Notes: generated by a model from the sequence alone, not told the origin. DNA of 64,000 nt from Nitrosopumilaceae archaeon (GCA_965214835.1 CBDCCK010000002.1:768001-832000), one strand, 5' to 3'. Positions 37,542-49,141 are shown, counted from the first letter of the stretch. Made by a program: numbers and translations.

Positions 37542-38924
37542 CTAGCGCAGGCCCCAGCCGCGGGGGGACAGCCTCCTTCCAAGCAGGACTGCCGATGACA
37601 TTCCGGCAACCAGGACAAGCGACGCGATCACCCCGAACTCGGGGGCCACAACTATTCCAAACTCCGTCGACTTGCCGCTGCCACGAATGTCCTCGAACCT
37701 GATCACGGTCGGCCCGGTCTGATCCTCGCCAAACATATAGTCAACAAAGTCCCCCCCCACCTGGGCATTGCCGCCCTCCCTGTGGATCTCCTCGCCGTTT
37801 TGCAGGATTACAAAGTCAAAGGCGGAATTTCTGAGGGGCTCGTCGGTGGCGCCGTCCCGGATGGTAAACACGAACTTTGTCTCCTGCCCGGGGACGATCT
37901 CCAGCGGATCCCACGACAGGTCGATCTTGAACGACTCGTCCCGCGTCCAGGCCGAGACTGGAAGCTCCACAACGTCGTTTGTCTGCAGCGTGAAGACCAT
38001 CCTGTCGCCGATGGGCCCGCCTGACTGCTTGAGCTGGTTCTTGATGTATCTCAGGTGATCCTGCAGGAGTACAAAGTGCACGATGCGCTCGGATTCCTCG
38101 GTATAGTCGTCTACGACAACGGAGGACTTGAAGAGCTCCACCCCGTTGACCCGGCCGGAGTAGCCCGGGGCCAGAAACTCCAAAAACTCCTTTGGAAAGT
38201 GAACCTCCTCGTGAACCACCGGAATGTGGGATATCCTCTCCTCCTTCCAGTCAAACGGCATCTCAAACGTCACGGTCCTGGTTGCAGGATCATACTCAAA
38301 CGAGCCGATGGAGTCAAAATACGACTTTGTCCTGAACTTGACGTCATTTTCCTGCCCGTCCTTTTGGAAAAACTCCTCGGTTTCAACTATGGTAACGTCC
38401 GCGGTATATACCCCAAGATCCTCGATTACGTTTGTCGGCTCGTCTACGGTCCTGATTTCAATCTCAAAGGTGTACAGCCCCCCCGACTCAAAGACCGGGC
38501 CGGTTATCTCCAGGGGCTGCTCGGGAGTCGGGTGCCAGGCGCCCAGCAGGGAGTCCTGCCCGCCGTCAATGATAACTGCGTCCCCGTCGGAGTATTTGAC
38601 ATTCATTGAGACTGTCCCGTCCCCGCCAAAAAAGTAGTTTCTAAAGATCATCTCCCCGTCATGAAACAGGCCGACCAGGTACGTGACGTTTGGGACGCTT
38701 TCCCCCGACTGGCCGTCCGTTGCGCTGATTGTGACCTGGCGCTCGCCGGTCTCGTCATAGTAGGATGGAATCTCGACACTGACTGAGATTTCCCGCCCGT
38801 CAACTGCAATGGGGGGGGTTGTATCCAATCCGAGGCCGTGGCCGAACGCGTGGGGGGCATATACGGCAAGCAGTGCAAGGGCCGGTAAAATCAGAATCTG
38901 GCTGTTCATTGGCTCCACCTTCAA
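37542..38924 (-). CDS. PEFG-CTERM surface protein
   Basis: Signal peptide, HGLG, VAPEFG + TM; paralogue of 23477-25144. Confidence 0.85.
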   Translation of the reverse strand: MKVEPMNSQILILPALALLAVYAPHAFGHGLGLDTTPPIAVDGREISVSVEIPSYYDETGERQVTISATDGQSGESVPNVTYLVGLFHDGEMIFRNYFFGGDGTVSMNVKYSDGDAVIIDGGQDSLLGAWHPTPEQPLEITGPVFESGGLYTFEIEIRTVDEPTNVIEDLGVYTADVTIVETEEFFQKDGQENDVKFRTKSYFDSIGSFEYDPATRTVTFEMPFDWKEERISHIPVVHEEVHFPKEFLEFLAPGYSGRVNGVELFKSSVVVDDYTEESERIVHFVLLQDHLRYIKNQLKQSGGPIGDRMVFTLQTNDVVELPVSAWTRDESFKIDLSWDPLEIVPGQETKFVFTIRDGATDEPLRNSAFDFVILQNGEEIHREGGNAQVGGDFVDYMFGEDQTGPTVIRFEDIRGSGKSTEFGIVVAPEFGVIASLVLVAGMSSAVLLGRRLSPRGWGLR

Positions 38925-38952
38925 AAACGACTATGCTCCTAAAAAATCAATG

Positions 38953-39882
38953 CTAGAGTCCGCCTTCATTTAGTGCCAGACCCAGCAGTGCGGCCCTCGT
39001 ATACTTGCCATATTCGGCCTGCTGAAAGTACCTTGCGTGATCGGTAGAGTCGACCTCCGTGGAGACCTCATCGAGCCGGGGCAGGGGATGCAGGATGACC
39101 GCGTCATCCTTCATTTTCTTGACCATGTCCAGCCCGATGACATAGCTTCCCCTTACCTTGAGGTACTCCTCCTCGTCGGGGAACCTTTCCTTTTGAATTC
39201 TTGTGACATAGATCACGTCAAGCTCGTCAATGCAGTCCTCGATGTCAGCTGACTCGGTGAACGAAAGTTTCTGCTTGATGTCATAAACCGAGTCGGGGCG
39301 AATCCTCAGGGACTCTGGGGAGATAAGGTGCACGTCAACATCATAGTTTCCCAGGCCGTACAAAAGGGAGTATACGGTCCTTCCATATTTCAGATCGCCG
39401 ACGATGCCGATCCTCAACCCGTCAATCCTCCTTTTTTCCCTTTTTATTGTAAACAGATCCTGCAGCGCCTGCGTGGGGTGCTCCTCGGTGCCGCTTCCGC
39501 CATTGATGACCGGCTTGGATGAGACCTCGGCTGCAAACCTGCTAGAGCCGTCCAAGGGGTGACGCAGGACTAGGACGTCAGAGTATATCGACATGATTTT
39601 TACGGTATCGGAGAGGCTCTCGCCCTTCTGGGCAGATGACGAGGCGACATCGGAGATTCCCAGCGAGGTTCCCCCGATCAGTGCCATTGCAGACTCGAAG
39701 CTAAGCCGGGTCCTCGTACTTGGCTCAAAGAACAGGTAGCCCAGGGTTTTTCCGCGTCCGATTTCACGGCGCCGTCCGGGCTCCATGCCGATGATTTTCT
39801 CGGTGGCATCAAAGACACGGCCCAGCCTCTCCCTGTCAAAGTCCTTGATTGATATGACATCCCTGCCGAAGAACTCGCTCAT
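38953..39882 (-). CDS. pyrB: Aspartate carbamoyltransferase catalytic subunit
   Basis: FFEPSTRT, HPTQ, HPLPR. Confidence 0.97.
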   Translation of the reverse strand: MSEFFGRDVISIKDFDRERLGRVFDATEKIIGMEPGRRREIGRGKTLGYLFFEPSTRTRLSFESAMALIGGTSLGISDVASSSAQKGESLSDTVKIMSIYSDVLVLRHPLDGSSRFAAEVSSKPVINGGSGTEEHPTQALQDLFTIKREKRRIDGLRIGIVGDLKYGRTVYSLLYGLGNYDVDVHLISPESLRIRPDSVYDIKQKLSFTESADIEDCIDELDVIYVTRIQKERFPDEEEYLKVRGSYVIGLDMVKKMKDDAVILHPLPRLDEVSTEVDSTDHARYFQQAEYGKYTRAALLGLALNEGGL

Positions 39883-39924
39883 GCCTCTCAATCATATATA
39901 CGGGTGCATATACAAAGTATTCTG

Positions 39925-40389
39925 ATGCAGGAATCCGAGCTCATAGTAAGGCGGATCAGGGAGGGCACCGTAGTTGACCATATTGACGAGGGAAAGGGCC
40001 TGGCGGTGCTCAATGCCCTGAAGATCGACGGCCGGGACGGGGGCCTGATTACCATAGCGCTAAACGTTCCAAGCGGCAAGTTCAACAAAAAGGACATCAT
40101 CAAGGTGGAAAACAGGTTCCTGGTAGACGAGGATACCAGCAAGCTTGCAGTCATTGCGCCAAAGTCCACGGTCAACATCATCAAGGACTACAAGCTGGTC
40201 GAGAAGAGAAGGGTGTCGCTCCCAAGCGAGATAGACAAGATATTCCGGTGCTCAAATCCCGACTGCATTACTAACAGCTCCGAGCACATAGAGTCAATCA
40301 TGGACGTAGTCGACAAGGACAGCCTGATCCTAAGGTGCCGCTATTGCAGCAGGATCCTGGATGTCAACAAGCTAAACTACAACGCATGA
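39925..40389 (+). CDS. pyrI: Aspartate carbamoyltransferase regulatory subunit
   Basis: GTVVDHI, KKDIIKVE, CSNPDC...CRYC. Confidence 0.95.
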   Translation: MQESELIVRRIREGTVVDHIDEGKGLAVLNALKIDGRDGGLITIALNVPSGKFNKKDIIKVENRFLVDEDTSKLAVIAPKSTVNIIKDYKLVEKRRVSLPSEIDKIFRCSNPDCITNSSEHIESIMDVVDKDSLILRCRYCSRILDVNKLNYNA

Positions 40390-40425
40390 GGGGCGCATGG
40401 TGCCTGTCTTCTGCCTAGGGCATGG

Positions 40426-41241
40426 GTGGACTTGTATGGACGCACGGGTTTAAACCTGTCAACCGCAAGTCTTTTGATTCCCCAAAACCAAGCAGGATCG
40501 CCGTTGATCAAAATCAAAAGGGAGCAGGATACCGCGTTTCTCTCTGCGTCCGTAGCGGACTTTGCAGACTCGCTTGGATACTGTGAATACAAGATACCCC
40601 TGTCGATTCGGGGGGTAAGGCCGAGGCGCTCCCGGTCCCTGATCATGGGCGCAAGGGCGCACCACGCAGAGGAGGCCTACGAGCGCGAGCACGTAAAACT
40701 GGAGCCGGTTACGGCCGAGGACATCGTAGACGAGCAGAGGGACATCGAGTTTGCGCGAGAAAACGTCTATTCTACGCTGTCTGTTCCCTTTGAGCTTCCC
40801 ACGGAAAACGCCCTAGTCACGCTCTCTGGCAGAATCGACAAGATCAGCAGGGTGGACGGAACGCTGATTGTCCAGGACGACAAGTTCGTGGCAGATCCGC
40901 ACAAGTATGACGGGATGGACAGGCCGTATCCGGGACAGATGCTGCAGGTCCTGGCGTACCTCAACTCCGTGTACTCCCCAAAGAGGGGCGGCAGTGCGGA
41001 GGACCTGTTTGAGATGCCGCACGCAAAAAAGAGGTGGGAGCTGAGAATATGCGATCGCATGACGAGGGAGCCCCACAGGGTGTTCTCAGAGTACCAGGAC
41101 GACTCCTCGCTTTCCTACCTGCATGCGTCCCTGAGGAGGTTCGCAGTAGTCGCGCTGGGTATCGCCGAACCCATGCATCACAACAGCCAGTCAAAATGCG
41201 ATGCATGCGGCCTCAGGGACGCCTGCTATTTCAGGATTTGA
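40426..41241 (+). CDS. Solo Cas4-like PD-(D/E)XK nuclease with Fe-S cysteines
   Basis: N-terminal YCE, GRID...DDK, QVLAY, C-terminal CxxCxxxxxC. Confidence 0.7.
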   Translation: MDLYGRTGLNLSTASLLIPQNQAGSPLIKIKREQDTAFLSASVADFADSLGYCEYKIPLSIRGVRPRRSRSLIMGARAHHAEEAYEREHVKLEPVTAEDIVDEQRDIEFARENVYSTLSVPFELPTENALVTLSGRIDKISRVDGTLIVQDDKFVADPHKYDGMDRPYPGQMLQVLAYLNSVYSPKRGGSAEDLFEMPHAKKRWELRICDRMTREPHRVFSEYQDDSSLSYLHASLRRFAVVALGIAEPMHHNSQSKCDACGLRDACYFRI

Positions 41242-41399
41242 GCAGTCCGGGCCGGATCTTCGATTGTCCTGCAGATCCCCCTCTTAACACGGGGGTCGCC
41301 GCCTTTCCCACGCATCCCAAAAAGGCGCAGAGTCAAGGACGCGGGCATGTCCGGGCAGGGGACGCTTTTTTAAAAAACCGGAAAAGGTTGTCGGCCGGG

Positions 41400-41708
41400 C
41401 TATTGTCCCAGTATGATAAACATCATTACGATGCCGTAGATTGCAATCGACTCGACCATGCCTACGAAGATAAAGACCTTTGACTGCAGTGCAGGGTTCT
41501 CACTGATTACGGCAAGGCCTGCCGCGCCCACCTGGCCCAAACCTATGCCAGCACCGAATGCCGCCAGGCCGAATGCCAGGCCCGCACCTAGAATCTTGAG
41601 AGAGTCCGAACTTGCCGCCTCCTCGCCTTCTGCAGCGTATGCCACTCCGGTCAGACCCGTAGCAGAAACTGCAAGTGTTGCCAAAAGTAACAAGACTATG
41701 GGTTTCAT
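41400..41708 (-). CDS. atpK: A-type ATP synthase subunit K (c)
   Basis: GAGIG.G..GAA, catalytic Glu in ESIAIYG. Confidence 0.93.
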   Translation of the reverse strand: MKPIVLLLLATLAVSATGLTGVAYAAEGEEAASSDSLKILGAGLAFGLAAFGAGIGLGQVGAAGLAVISENPALQSKVFIFVGMVESIAIYGIVMMFIILGQ

Positions 41709-41760
41709 TGATATCCTCGCTCCCCAATGTCCATATTTAAATCATGATGATTTTTTTTGA

Positions 41761-41892
41761 TCAGATTTTGTCAAGGGTCTGCTTTTTGAAACTCTGCAGC
41801 TCGTCCCTGATGGCCTGCTTGGAATTTTTAAACTCCCGCTCTACTGCCTTTTTAGAGTCCTCGACTAGTTTTTTGATATCGTCTCTTGCCAT
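41761..41892 (-). CDS. 43-aa charged helical protein coupled to atpD (not in ORF track)
   Basis: ATG overlaps atpD stop (TAATG); MARDDIKKLVEDSKKAVEREFKNSKQAIRDELQSFKKQTLDKI. Confidence 0.65.
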   Translation of the reverse strand: MARDDIKKLVEDSKKAVEREFKNSKQAIRDELQSFKKQTLDKI

Positions 41893-42524
41893 TACTTTCT
41901 CTTCTCCATGGCCGCCTTGACTTTTTTTAACTTTGCGAACTCCTCTCTTTCCCGCTCCTCAAGGGTTGCCAGGATGAACTTAATTCTTTGCTGATACTGG
42001 GGAATAATTACATTTTCTAGTGCGTTTAGAAGCTTTTGTGTTTTTTCTAGCGCCTTTGCAAGGCTAAATATGGAATTTTCATACTCTGCTGCCTTGCAGA
42101 TCTGTGGCAGGAGCACCTTGATCTGCTTTGCGGCCCTGTCAATCGAGGAGTTGGTATCGGCAAACCCGTAGGGCATCGATTTTGTGTCCCTTTCTGTCAC
42201 CTCCAGCGTAGGAATCTTGACGTCGACGACCCTTCTTACATGGACGTCCACCTCCATTACGGGCGGGGTGGATTCGGCAACAGAGTCGACCGTACTGCTC
42301 CCCAGCGCAAGATACGCCTCGTTTACCGACTTGTAGATGTCCTGCAGGGGATCCCAGATGCCGCCGCGGGCCCGGGATGCCTCGTCAATCATCTCCTCGA
42401 TATTTTTTAGCAGGACCTTTCTTTTGTCGTCTAGGATCTTCTGGACCATGGTTGCGACCTGGCTGGAGCGCTTGTACTTGAGAAGCTCAATCTTGGTTGC
42501 AGCAACGTTTTGTCCAAATGACAT
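41892..42524 (-). CDS. atpD: A-type ATP synthase subunit D
   Basis: TKIEL, NALENVIIP, LEEREREEF. Confidence 0.95.
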   Translation of the reverse strand: MSFGQNVAATKIELLKYKRSSQVATMVQKILDDKRKVLLKNIEEMIDEASRARGGIWDPLQDIYKSVNEAYLALGSSTVDSVAESTPPVMEVDVHVRRVVDVKIPTLEVTERDTKSMPYGFADTNSSIDRAAKQIKVLLPQICKAAEYENSIFSLAKALEKTQKLLNALENVIIPQYQQRIKFILATLEEREREEFAKLKKVKAAMEKRK

Positions 42525-42528
42525 TTGG

Positions 42529-43914
42529 CTACTTTTCCTGGTAGTGCTGGTCTACGAACTTGTCTTTTACCTTGGTGAGCTCGTTTCTTGGCAGGTTTGA
42601 TACCACCTTCCAGAGAATCGCCAGCGACTCCTCGATGTTTCTGTTCTCGTCTATGGCCTGTGACAGGAACTCCCTCTCGAAGGTATCGCCCACGTCCATG
42701 TATTTCAGGTCAATATCAGTCAGTCCGGCCTTGCCTACGATGCCTGCAAGCGCCCTTACCTCCTGTGCCCTGGAGTAGGCGTCATAGTTCTGGTTTGAAA
42801 TCTCGCCGTGATCATCACGGGTCCTTCCCTCGCCGATTCCGTCCTTCATCAGCCTGCTAAGACTCATCAGGATGTTGACCGGCGGGTAGACCCCCTGCCT
42901 GAAGAGATCCCGTCCAAGCACGATCTGCCCCTCTGTGATGTATCCGGTAAGATCCGGAATCGGGTGGGTAATGTCGTCAGATGGCATGGATAGTATCGGA
43001 ACCTGTGTCACGCTGCCTTTTTTGCCAATGAGCTTTCCTGCCCTCTCATATATCGTTGAGAGGTCCGTATAGAGATATCCGGGATAGCCCTTTCTTCCAG
43101 GCACCTCCTCCCTTGCCGCGCTGATCTCCCTGAGCGCCTCTGCATAGTTTGTCATGTCAGTCAGGATAACTAGAACGTGCATGCCAAGATCGAATGCCAG
43201 GTACTCTGCAACCGTCAGTGCAACACGGGGGGTGATGATCCTCTCGATTGCGGGATCATCTGCCAGGTTCAAGAACAGGACGCTTCTCTTGAGCGCGCCG
43301 GATTCCTCCAGGCTTCTTTTAAAGTACTCTGCCTCGCTGTACTGCACGCCTATTGCCGCAAATACCACCGCAAAGTCGTCACCGGTGCCGACCACCGAGG
43401 CCTGTCTTGCAATCTGCGCGGCCAGGATGTTATGGGACATGCCGGAGCCCGAAAAGATCGGCAGCTTTTGGCCCCTTACCAGCGTAATCATGCCGTCAAT
43501 GACTGAGACGCCTGTTTGAATAAAGTCCTTTGGATACTCCCTTTGTTCGGGGTTCATCGGCTCGCCGTTAATGTCGATGAACTTGTCGGCGATGGGATCC
43601 GGCAGGCCGTCCTTTGGCCTTCCCAGTCCGTCAAAAACCCTGCCAAGCACCTCCCGGGATACCGGCATCTCCATTACCTTGCCTACGAACTTTGCCTTGG
43701 TTCCTGCTACCGACAGTCCGGTAGTGCCCTCGAATACCTGGACGATTGCCTTGCCGTTTCCGACCTCGAGTACCTTTCCCAGCCTGCGCTCCCCGTCCCT
43801 GGTTTCAACCTCGACTAGCTCGTCAAATGCCGCGCTCTCAACGTCGTCTACGATTACCAGAGGACCCTTGATCTCTGCAATCTTGCTGTACTGAATGCCG
43901 CCTTCTGCCGTCAA
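42529..43914 (-). CDS. atpB: A-type ATP synthase subunit B
   Basis: [26 protein letters not shown]. Confidence 0.97.
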   Translation of the reverse strand: MTAEGGIQYSKIAEIKGPLVIVDDVESAAFDELVEVETRDGERRLGKVLEVGNGKAIVQVFEGTTGLSVAGTKAKFVGKVMEMPVSREVLGRVFDGLGRPKDGLPDPIADKFIDINGEPMNPEQREYPKDFIQTGVSVIDGMITLVRGQKLPIFSGSGMSHNILAAQIARQASVVGTGDDFAVVFAAIGVQYSEAEYFKRSLEESGALKRSVLFLNLADDPAIERIITPRVALTVAEYLAFDLGMHVLVILTDMTNYAEALREISAAREEVPGRKGYPGYLYTDLSTIYERAGKLIGKKGSVTQVPILSMPSDDITHPIPDLTGYITEGQIVLGRDLFRQGVYPPVNILMSLSRLMKDGIGEGRTRDDHGEISNQNYDAYSRAQEVRALAGIVGKAGLTDIDLKYMDVGDTFEREFLSQAIDENRNIEESLAILWKVVSNLPRNELTKVKDKFVDQHYQEK

Positions 43915-45689
43915 CTGCTGACCTTTACTCCCGTAATGCTTTTGAACTGCTCATCCATGTCCCTTGCCAGCTGATCGAGCTTGTCCATCTCGTCGTCCTT
44001 TACCTCCATCCTTGCCTTGAGCAGCGAGGAGATGACTGACATTGCGCGGATGTCTGCCAGGTCTGCACCCTCCTTGAGTGCCAGGTTGCCGCGCTTGTAA
44101 AAGTCCACCAGCAGCTTTAGCAGCCTGAACTGCTTTTCCGTGCTGCAGTAGGTATCGACATCATCAAACGAGTTCTGCTGCAAGAGGCCGATCTTTACCA
44201 TTCTTGCGACCTCCAGTATCAGCTTTTCCTCGTCTGGCAGAGCCTCGGGGCCGAGAAGTCTGACGATTTCCTTGAGCGTATCCTCCCTCTGCAAGACGCC
44301 GTATGCCTCGCTCCTGAGGCCAAACCACTCGTCACTGACATTTTCGCCCCACCATTTTGCAATGTCTGCAAGATAGCCAGAATAGCTGTTCATCCAGTTA
44401 ATCGACGGATAATGCCTAGAGTATGCAAGCTTTGCATCTAGGGCCCAGAAGGTCTTGATGAACCTCATCGTGTGTGTTGTAACCGGCTCTGTAAAGTCTC
44501 CGCCGGACGGGGACACGGCACCGACAAGGGTCACCGAGCCGTCCCTGTCGGGACTGCCGACGGCACGTACGCGTCCTGCCCTCTCGTAGAATTCCGCCAG
44601 CCTAGATGCGAGATACGACGGATAGCCCTCCTCTGCAGGCATCTCCTCAAGGCGGCCGCTCATCTCCCTGAGCGCCTCTGCCCACCTGCTTGTAGAGTCC
44701 GCCACAAGGACGACGTCCTTGCCCATGTCCCTGTAGTATTCTGCAATTGTCACGCCTGTATAGATGCTCGCCTCCCTTGCCGCCACCGGCATGTTGCTTG
44801 TGTTTGCCACAAGGACGGTCCTGTCCATGAGCGGCTTGCCGGTTCTCGGATCCTTGAGCTCCGGGAACTCTACGAGTACCTCCGTCATCTCGTTTCCGCG
44901 CTCACCGCAGCCTATGTATACGACAACCTGCGAGTCTGCCCACTTTGCAATCTGGTGCAGTGTTACCGTCTTGCCGGTTCCAAACGCCCCGGGAATCGAG
45001 CCGGTGCCGCCCTTTGCGATAGGGAAGAACGTGTCGATGACCCGCTGCCCCGTGATGAGCGGAACCGTGGGATCATAGCGCGTCTTGTACGGACGGGGCT
45101 TTCTTACCGGCCATTTTTGATACATCTTGATGACGGCAGACCGTCCGTCCCTCTCGGTCGTTGCCAGATCAGTCTCCAGGTCATAGTCCCCCTCGGGAAC
45201 GATGCTGGTGACCCTTCCGCCCGGATGATCAGGGGACGCCATGATGCTGTGATCGATCAGGTCGGTCTCCTGGACCGTCCCAATTACGTTTCCCGGCTGG
45301 ACTTGATCGCCCACGCTGACGCTTGGTGTAAAGTGATATTTTTTGGTCATGTCGATCGGGGTCGTGGTAATGCCCCTCCCAATGAAGGAGCCAGACGCCT
45401 TGGACAGCTCCTTGAGCGGCCTTTGGATTCCGTCGTAGATTTGGCCGATGATGCCCGGCCCCAGCGTGACGCTCAGCGGGTTGCCGGTGCCAACCACGGG
45501 CTCGCCCGGCTTTAGGCCGCTGGTTGACTCGTAGACCTGGATGAATGCCACGTCCCCGGTAAGCCTGATGACCTCGCCTACCAGTTTTGAATCCCCGACA
45601 ATGACAGTCTCGTACATTTTGGCCTCAGACATTCCGTCTGCCTTGACTGCAGGACCACTGACCCAAACAATTCTGCCTTGTGCCGCCAT
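43911..45689 (-). CDS. atpA: A-type ATP synthase subunit A
   Basis: [23 protein letters not shown]; no intein. Confidence 0.97.
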   Translation of the reverse strand: MAAQGRIVWVSGPAVKADGMSEAKMYETVIVGDSKLVGEVIRLTGDVAFIQVYESTSGLKPGEPVVGTGNPLSVTLGPGIIGQIYDGIQRPLKELSKASGSFIGRGITTTPIDMTKKYHFTPSVSVGDQVQPGNVIGTVQETDLIDHSIMASPDHPGGRVTSIVPEGDYDLETDLATTERDGRSAVIKMYQKWPVRKPRPYKTRYDPTVPLITGQRVIDTFFPIAKGGTGSIPGAFGTGKTVTLHQIAKWADSQVVVYIGCGERGNEMTEVLVEFPELKDPRTGKPLMDRTVLVANTSNMPVAAREASIYTGVTIAEYYRDMGKDVVLVADSTSRWAEALREMSGRLEEMPAEEGYPSYLASRLAEFYERAGRVRAVGSPDRDGSVTLVGAVSPSGGDFTEPVTTHTMRFIKTFWALDAKLAYSRHYPSINWMNSYSGYLADIAKWWGENVSDEWFGLRSEAYGVLQREDTLKEIVRLLGPEALPDEEKLILEVARMVKIGLLQQNSFDDVDTYCSTEKQFRLLKLLVDFYKRGNLALKEGADLADIRAMSVISSLLKARMEVKDDEMDKLDQLARDMDEQFKSITGVKVSS

Positions 45690-45690
45690 G

Positions 45691-46290
45691 TTAATTTCCT
45701 AATCCGAATTTGGATGCGATTTCCTTCCTTATTAAAGGCTTCAGACGATCAAGTCTGGCATCCAGTGTGTTGTCAAAGGTCATCGATCCGTCCTTTGAGC
45801 TTGCCTGGACTCCCCCCATGCAGTCGATTGTTTCAGATGACAGTTCTGCGCCGGGGAGCCCGGACAGTGCGGACTGGACCACCTGCCTGTCTCTGTCGTT
45901 GCACAGAATCGTGACGTCTGACGTGCCCAAGATTTTGACCGATTCGTCCAAAAGGGCGCCAATTAGTTTGGAATAATCGTCATTTCTTTCCGTATTTTTT
46001 ATCTGATCGACTGCTTTTGCAAAGGCCTTGCCGACTGACTCTTCGATTAGTACAAGCTGCTTGTTGCGCGCATCTAGGTCGGCACTGCCGATGATCTGCT
46101 TTTCGATCTTTTCTGCCTCCTTTTTGCCGTCTGCTATGATCTTGTCATACTCGTCACCCAGCGAGGCTACTGCATCGTCAAGGGATCTGCTGCAGCCATC
46201 AAGTGTTTCCTGCAGCTTGGAGACGATGTTGCCTTCGGTTTCGTCAAGGATTTTGCCTATGGTGCGTTCCAAGGCAGCATCTGAGGTCAA
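45691..46290 (-). CDS. atpE: A-type ATP synthase subunit E
   Basis: N-terminal coiled coil, GG...DNTLDARL; operon position. Confidence 0.9.
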   Translation of the reverse strand: MTSDAALERTIGKILDETEGNIVSKLQETLDGCSRSLDDAVASLGDEYDKIIADGKKEAEKIEKQIIGSADLDARNKQLVLIEESVGKAFAKAVDQIKNTERNDDYSKLIGALLDESVKILGTSDVTILCNDRDRQVVQSALSGLPGAELSSETIDCMGGVQASSKDGSMTFDNTLDARLDRLKPLIRKEIASKFGLGN

Positions 46291-46376
46291 TAGTTGGCAG
46301 TCCCTGCATAATGGATTTTAATGTTTGGGAGTTTCAGAGTGGTTTTGGAAAGATATTAAAATCTGAGAAAAAACGG

Positions 46377-48488
46377 ATGGATATCTTGGCAGTGGCGGAT
46401 CTCAGACTCGGAAGCGTGATTTTACCAAGAAGCGAGTCCCCGCAGGCAATCTCCAGGCTGGCAGAGTTCGAGTGGTTTCACAAGATCGACGGCGAGGGCG
46501 ACCTGGTCACCCCGGAGGTCGACGACCTGCTCCTCAGGGCACAGCAGACCTTTCAGGACATCGACGAGGTAGTAAGGGGCCTAGGGATCCCGCCGACCGT
46601 TGGAATCCTCGAGATCCTGTTCAAGGGGACGGTAATCAAGAAAAAGGACTATGAGGTCGACGAGGTCGAAGGCATGGTCTTGGACTTGGAGAAAAGGGCC
46701 CCCGGAGTCATTGAAAGGCCGGCAAAGCTGCTGGCCGAGGAGGCAGACACAAGGCGCGGACTGGAGGAATACACCTCCCTGAGGGACACCTTGGGAGTCG
46801 CCAAGAGGCTCAGCATCGACCTGTCGGGATTTGGCCTCATGAGGTATTTTTATACCAACCTGTTCGTGGTTGCCAGGTCGGACTTTGAAGAGATCAGGAG
46901 GACGCTGGATGACATCACGCTATACAAGTATGACCTGGACGGCAAGGAAAGCTCTGCCGTACTGGTAATCTCAGCAACCCAGGACTCCGAGAGGGTCCTC
47001 AAGGTGATGAGGAGCTTCAATGCAGGCCCGTTTGTCATTCCCGAGGGCATGCCGCAGGTTCCAAGCGAGGCATACGCGCTGGCAGAGTCCAAGATCAAGG
47101 AGCTGGCCGCCAGGCAGAAATCAATCGCAAAGGAGCTGCGCGGGATCGCCAAGGGAATCAGAAGGGACATCCTGTCGATTCACGAGGCCGCCGCGGTGGC
47201 AAAGGACGTCCTAGAGACGGTAAGAAAGCCGGGCGGGACCAGCAACTTTGCGGTAATCCAGGGCTACATTCCAAGGTCGATGGAGGCCGAGTTCAAAAAG
47301 GCGACCAGCAAGTGGACCTCGATTTCCGAGGAGATTACCGACGCCAAGCTGCTGGAGGATGCGCCGACGCTGTTTGATAACAAGCGATTTGTCAGGACGT
47401 TTGAGGTGATAACCCAGAGCCAGGGCATCCCGAAGAAGGGGGAGGCGGATCCCACCCCGATGATTGCACTGATGTGGCCGATCTTTTACGGCATAATGTT
47501 TGCAGACGTGGGCCACGGACTGCTGCTCATGGGAATGGGGCTCTTGTTCAAGGTCAAGGGACAGGGCGTCCTTTCAAGATGGGGGATGCTCATTGCGATC
47601 TCCGGTGCGGCGTCTGCGATAGCGGGGGTCGGTGCGGGGGAGGCCTTTGGATACCACATCGATCACCTGCAGCCGTTTGAGGCGCTGCTGGAGGCAGGGG
47701 GGCCCCTGCATCCGGTAAGCTGGATAGTCGGAATGATCAGCGTGGCAGAGCTGACGTTTGAGCAGGTAATCGACATACTCAAGGTATCGCTGTTCCTCGG
47801 AATCATCCACCTGGTCTGGGCGATGGTCCTCAGAATCAGGGTCCTGCTAAGACACGGCCACAGGTTCGTGGCGTTCACGGAGGCAGTTCCAAACATCGCG
47901 CTTTATGGCGGAATCGTCGTCATCATGATGTGTGCCATCGGCTCAAACTATGACGTGATGAACATGTACTCCAAGGTCCACCAGGAGGACGTTCCATGGG
48001 TTACAATGTTCCTGGGCGACTGGGCGAAGGTATGGATTGTCACAAGAATCGCAGTCGTTATAGTGCTGGCCTCGATGGTCCTGATGATGATCGGCGGGGT
48101 AATGCATGCAAAGAGGCATCCAGAGGAGGGTGGCAGTGCCGCAAACGTCATCATGGAGGTCCTGCTGGGAAAGACCGTGGAGAGTCTTGCGCATACGATC
48201 AGTTATGCGCGGCTTGGAATCATGCTGCTGGTGCACGCGGCCCTGCTGCTTACGGTAAACAACGCATACGGCTCACTGGGCGGCATCGAATCCCCGGGCG
48301 CATGGGCCATGATCATCGGGGGAAACCTGGGAATCATGATGATCGAGGGGCTGATCGTGTACATCCAGTCCCTCAGGCTGCACCTGTACGAGTTCTTTAC
48401 GAAATGGTACGCGGGCGGCGCACGGCCGTTCAGGCAGATTCGGCCGGAGCTGATCTACAACCAGTTCCGCTGGAAGCCGGCAGGCTAG
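46377..48488 (+). CDS. atpI: A-type ATP synthase subunit I (a)
   Basis: DPTP, FYGIMFADVGHG, ISYARL, LRLHLYEFF; start uncertain (46377-46392). Confidence 0.95.
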   Translation: MDILAVADLRLGSVILPRSESPQAISRLAEFEWFHKIDGEGDLVTPEVDDLLLRAQQTFQDIDEVVRGLGIPPTVGILEILFKGTVIKKKDYEVDEVEGMVLDLEKRAPGVIERPAKLLAEEADTRRGLEEYTSLRDTLGVAKRLSIDLSGFGLMRYFYTNLFVVARSDFEEIRRTLDDITLYKYDLDGKESSAVLVISATQDSERVLKVMRSFNAGPFVIPEGMPQVPSEAYALAESKIKELAARQKSIAKELRGIAKGIRRDILSIHEAAAVAKDVLETVRKPGGTSNFAVIQGYIPRSMEAEFKKATSKWTSISEEITDAKLLEDAPTLFDNKRFVRTFEVITQSQGIPKKGEADPTPMIALMWPIFYGIMFADVGHGLLLMGMGLLFKVKGQGVLSRWGMLIAISGAASAIAGVGAGEAFGYHIDHLQPFEALLEAGGPLHPVSWIVGMISVAELTFEQVIDILKVSLFLGIIHLVWAMVLRIRVLLRHGHRFVAFTEAVPNIALYGGIVVIMMCAIGSNYDVMNMYSKVHQEDVPWVTMFLGDWAKVWIVTRIAVVIVLASMVLMMIGGVMHAKRHPEEGGSAANVIMEVLLGKTVESLAHTISYARLGIMLLVHAALLLTVNNAYGSLGGIESPGAWAMIIGGNLGIMMIEGLIVYIQSLRLHLYEFFTKWYAGGARPFRQIRPELIYNQFRWKPAG

Positions 48489-48916
48489 GCTCTTTTTTGG
48501 CACGCCGGACCAGAGATTGCGCCCCGAGAGGTAACATCTCTGGCTTAGAGATCTGGCCACCAAACCAAGGAAAATCCGAATCCGGCGAAGTTCCATATCC
48601 CCAATTTCACACAGAACCAAAAACCGGAACAGTCCAATGGAAATAATGGGTAATGGTGACTAGGGTCGGAGAATATCCATGTTTCAGGTCTCGAAGATTA
48701 CACAGAACCAAACAGAAATAAATTTAATTAGCATGCTATAATTGGTGAGCTAGATGACTACAATTTCTAAAGTAAAACATGGCTTGGGCCGAAAACAAAA
48801 AGGGGAGGATGTAATTGCATGCACCTACCAAAACGCTGATAAAGCAGTAGCGGCAATTCTAAAACGACTCTAATTGACCTTTCAAGTTTTCCCTTTCTAA
48901 ACTTTTTAACGATCAT

Positions 48917-49141
48917 GTGGCATACCTAAAAGAATCAGAAGATCCTATTACTTACAAGCGTGTAGCACAAAACATCAAAACAACCGTTAAAAATTTAGAG
49001 AAATTAGAAAAGTCTGGAAGTACGGTGCATGAAATGAGTATGAGAAATGACGTTCCAACGACTAAATACACAGTTGTTTACAAAGTAAAAGTTAATCCCA
49101 AGAAAAAAGTAGTTGTTAAAAAAATACTAAAGCGCCGATAA
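48917..49141 (+). CDS. Low-GC basic hypothetical protein or fragment
   Basis: ORF in AT-rich insert, weak HTH-like character. Confidence 0.35.
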   Translation: MAYLKESEDPITYKRVAQNIKTTVKNLEKLEKSGSTVHEMSMRNDVPTTKYTVVYKVKVNPKKKVVVKKILKRR

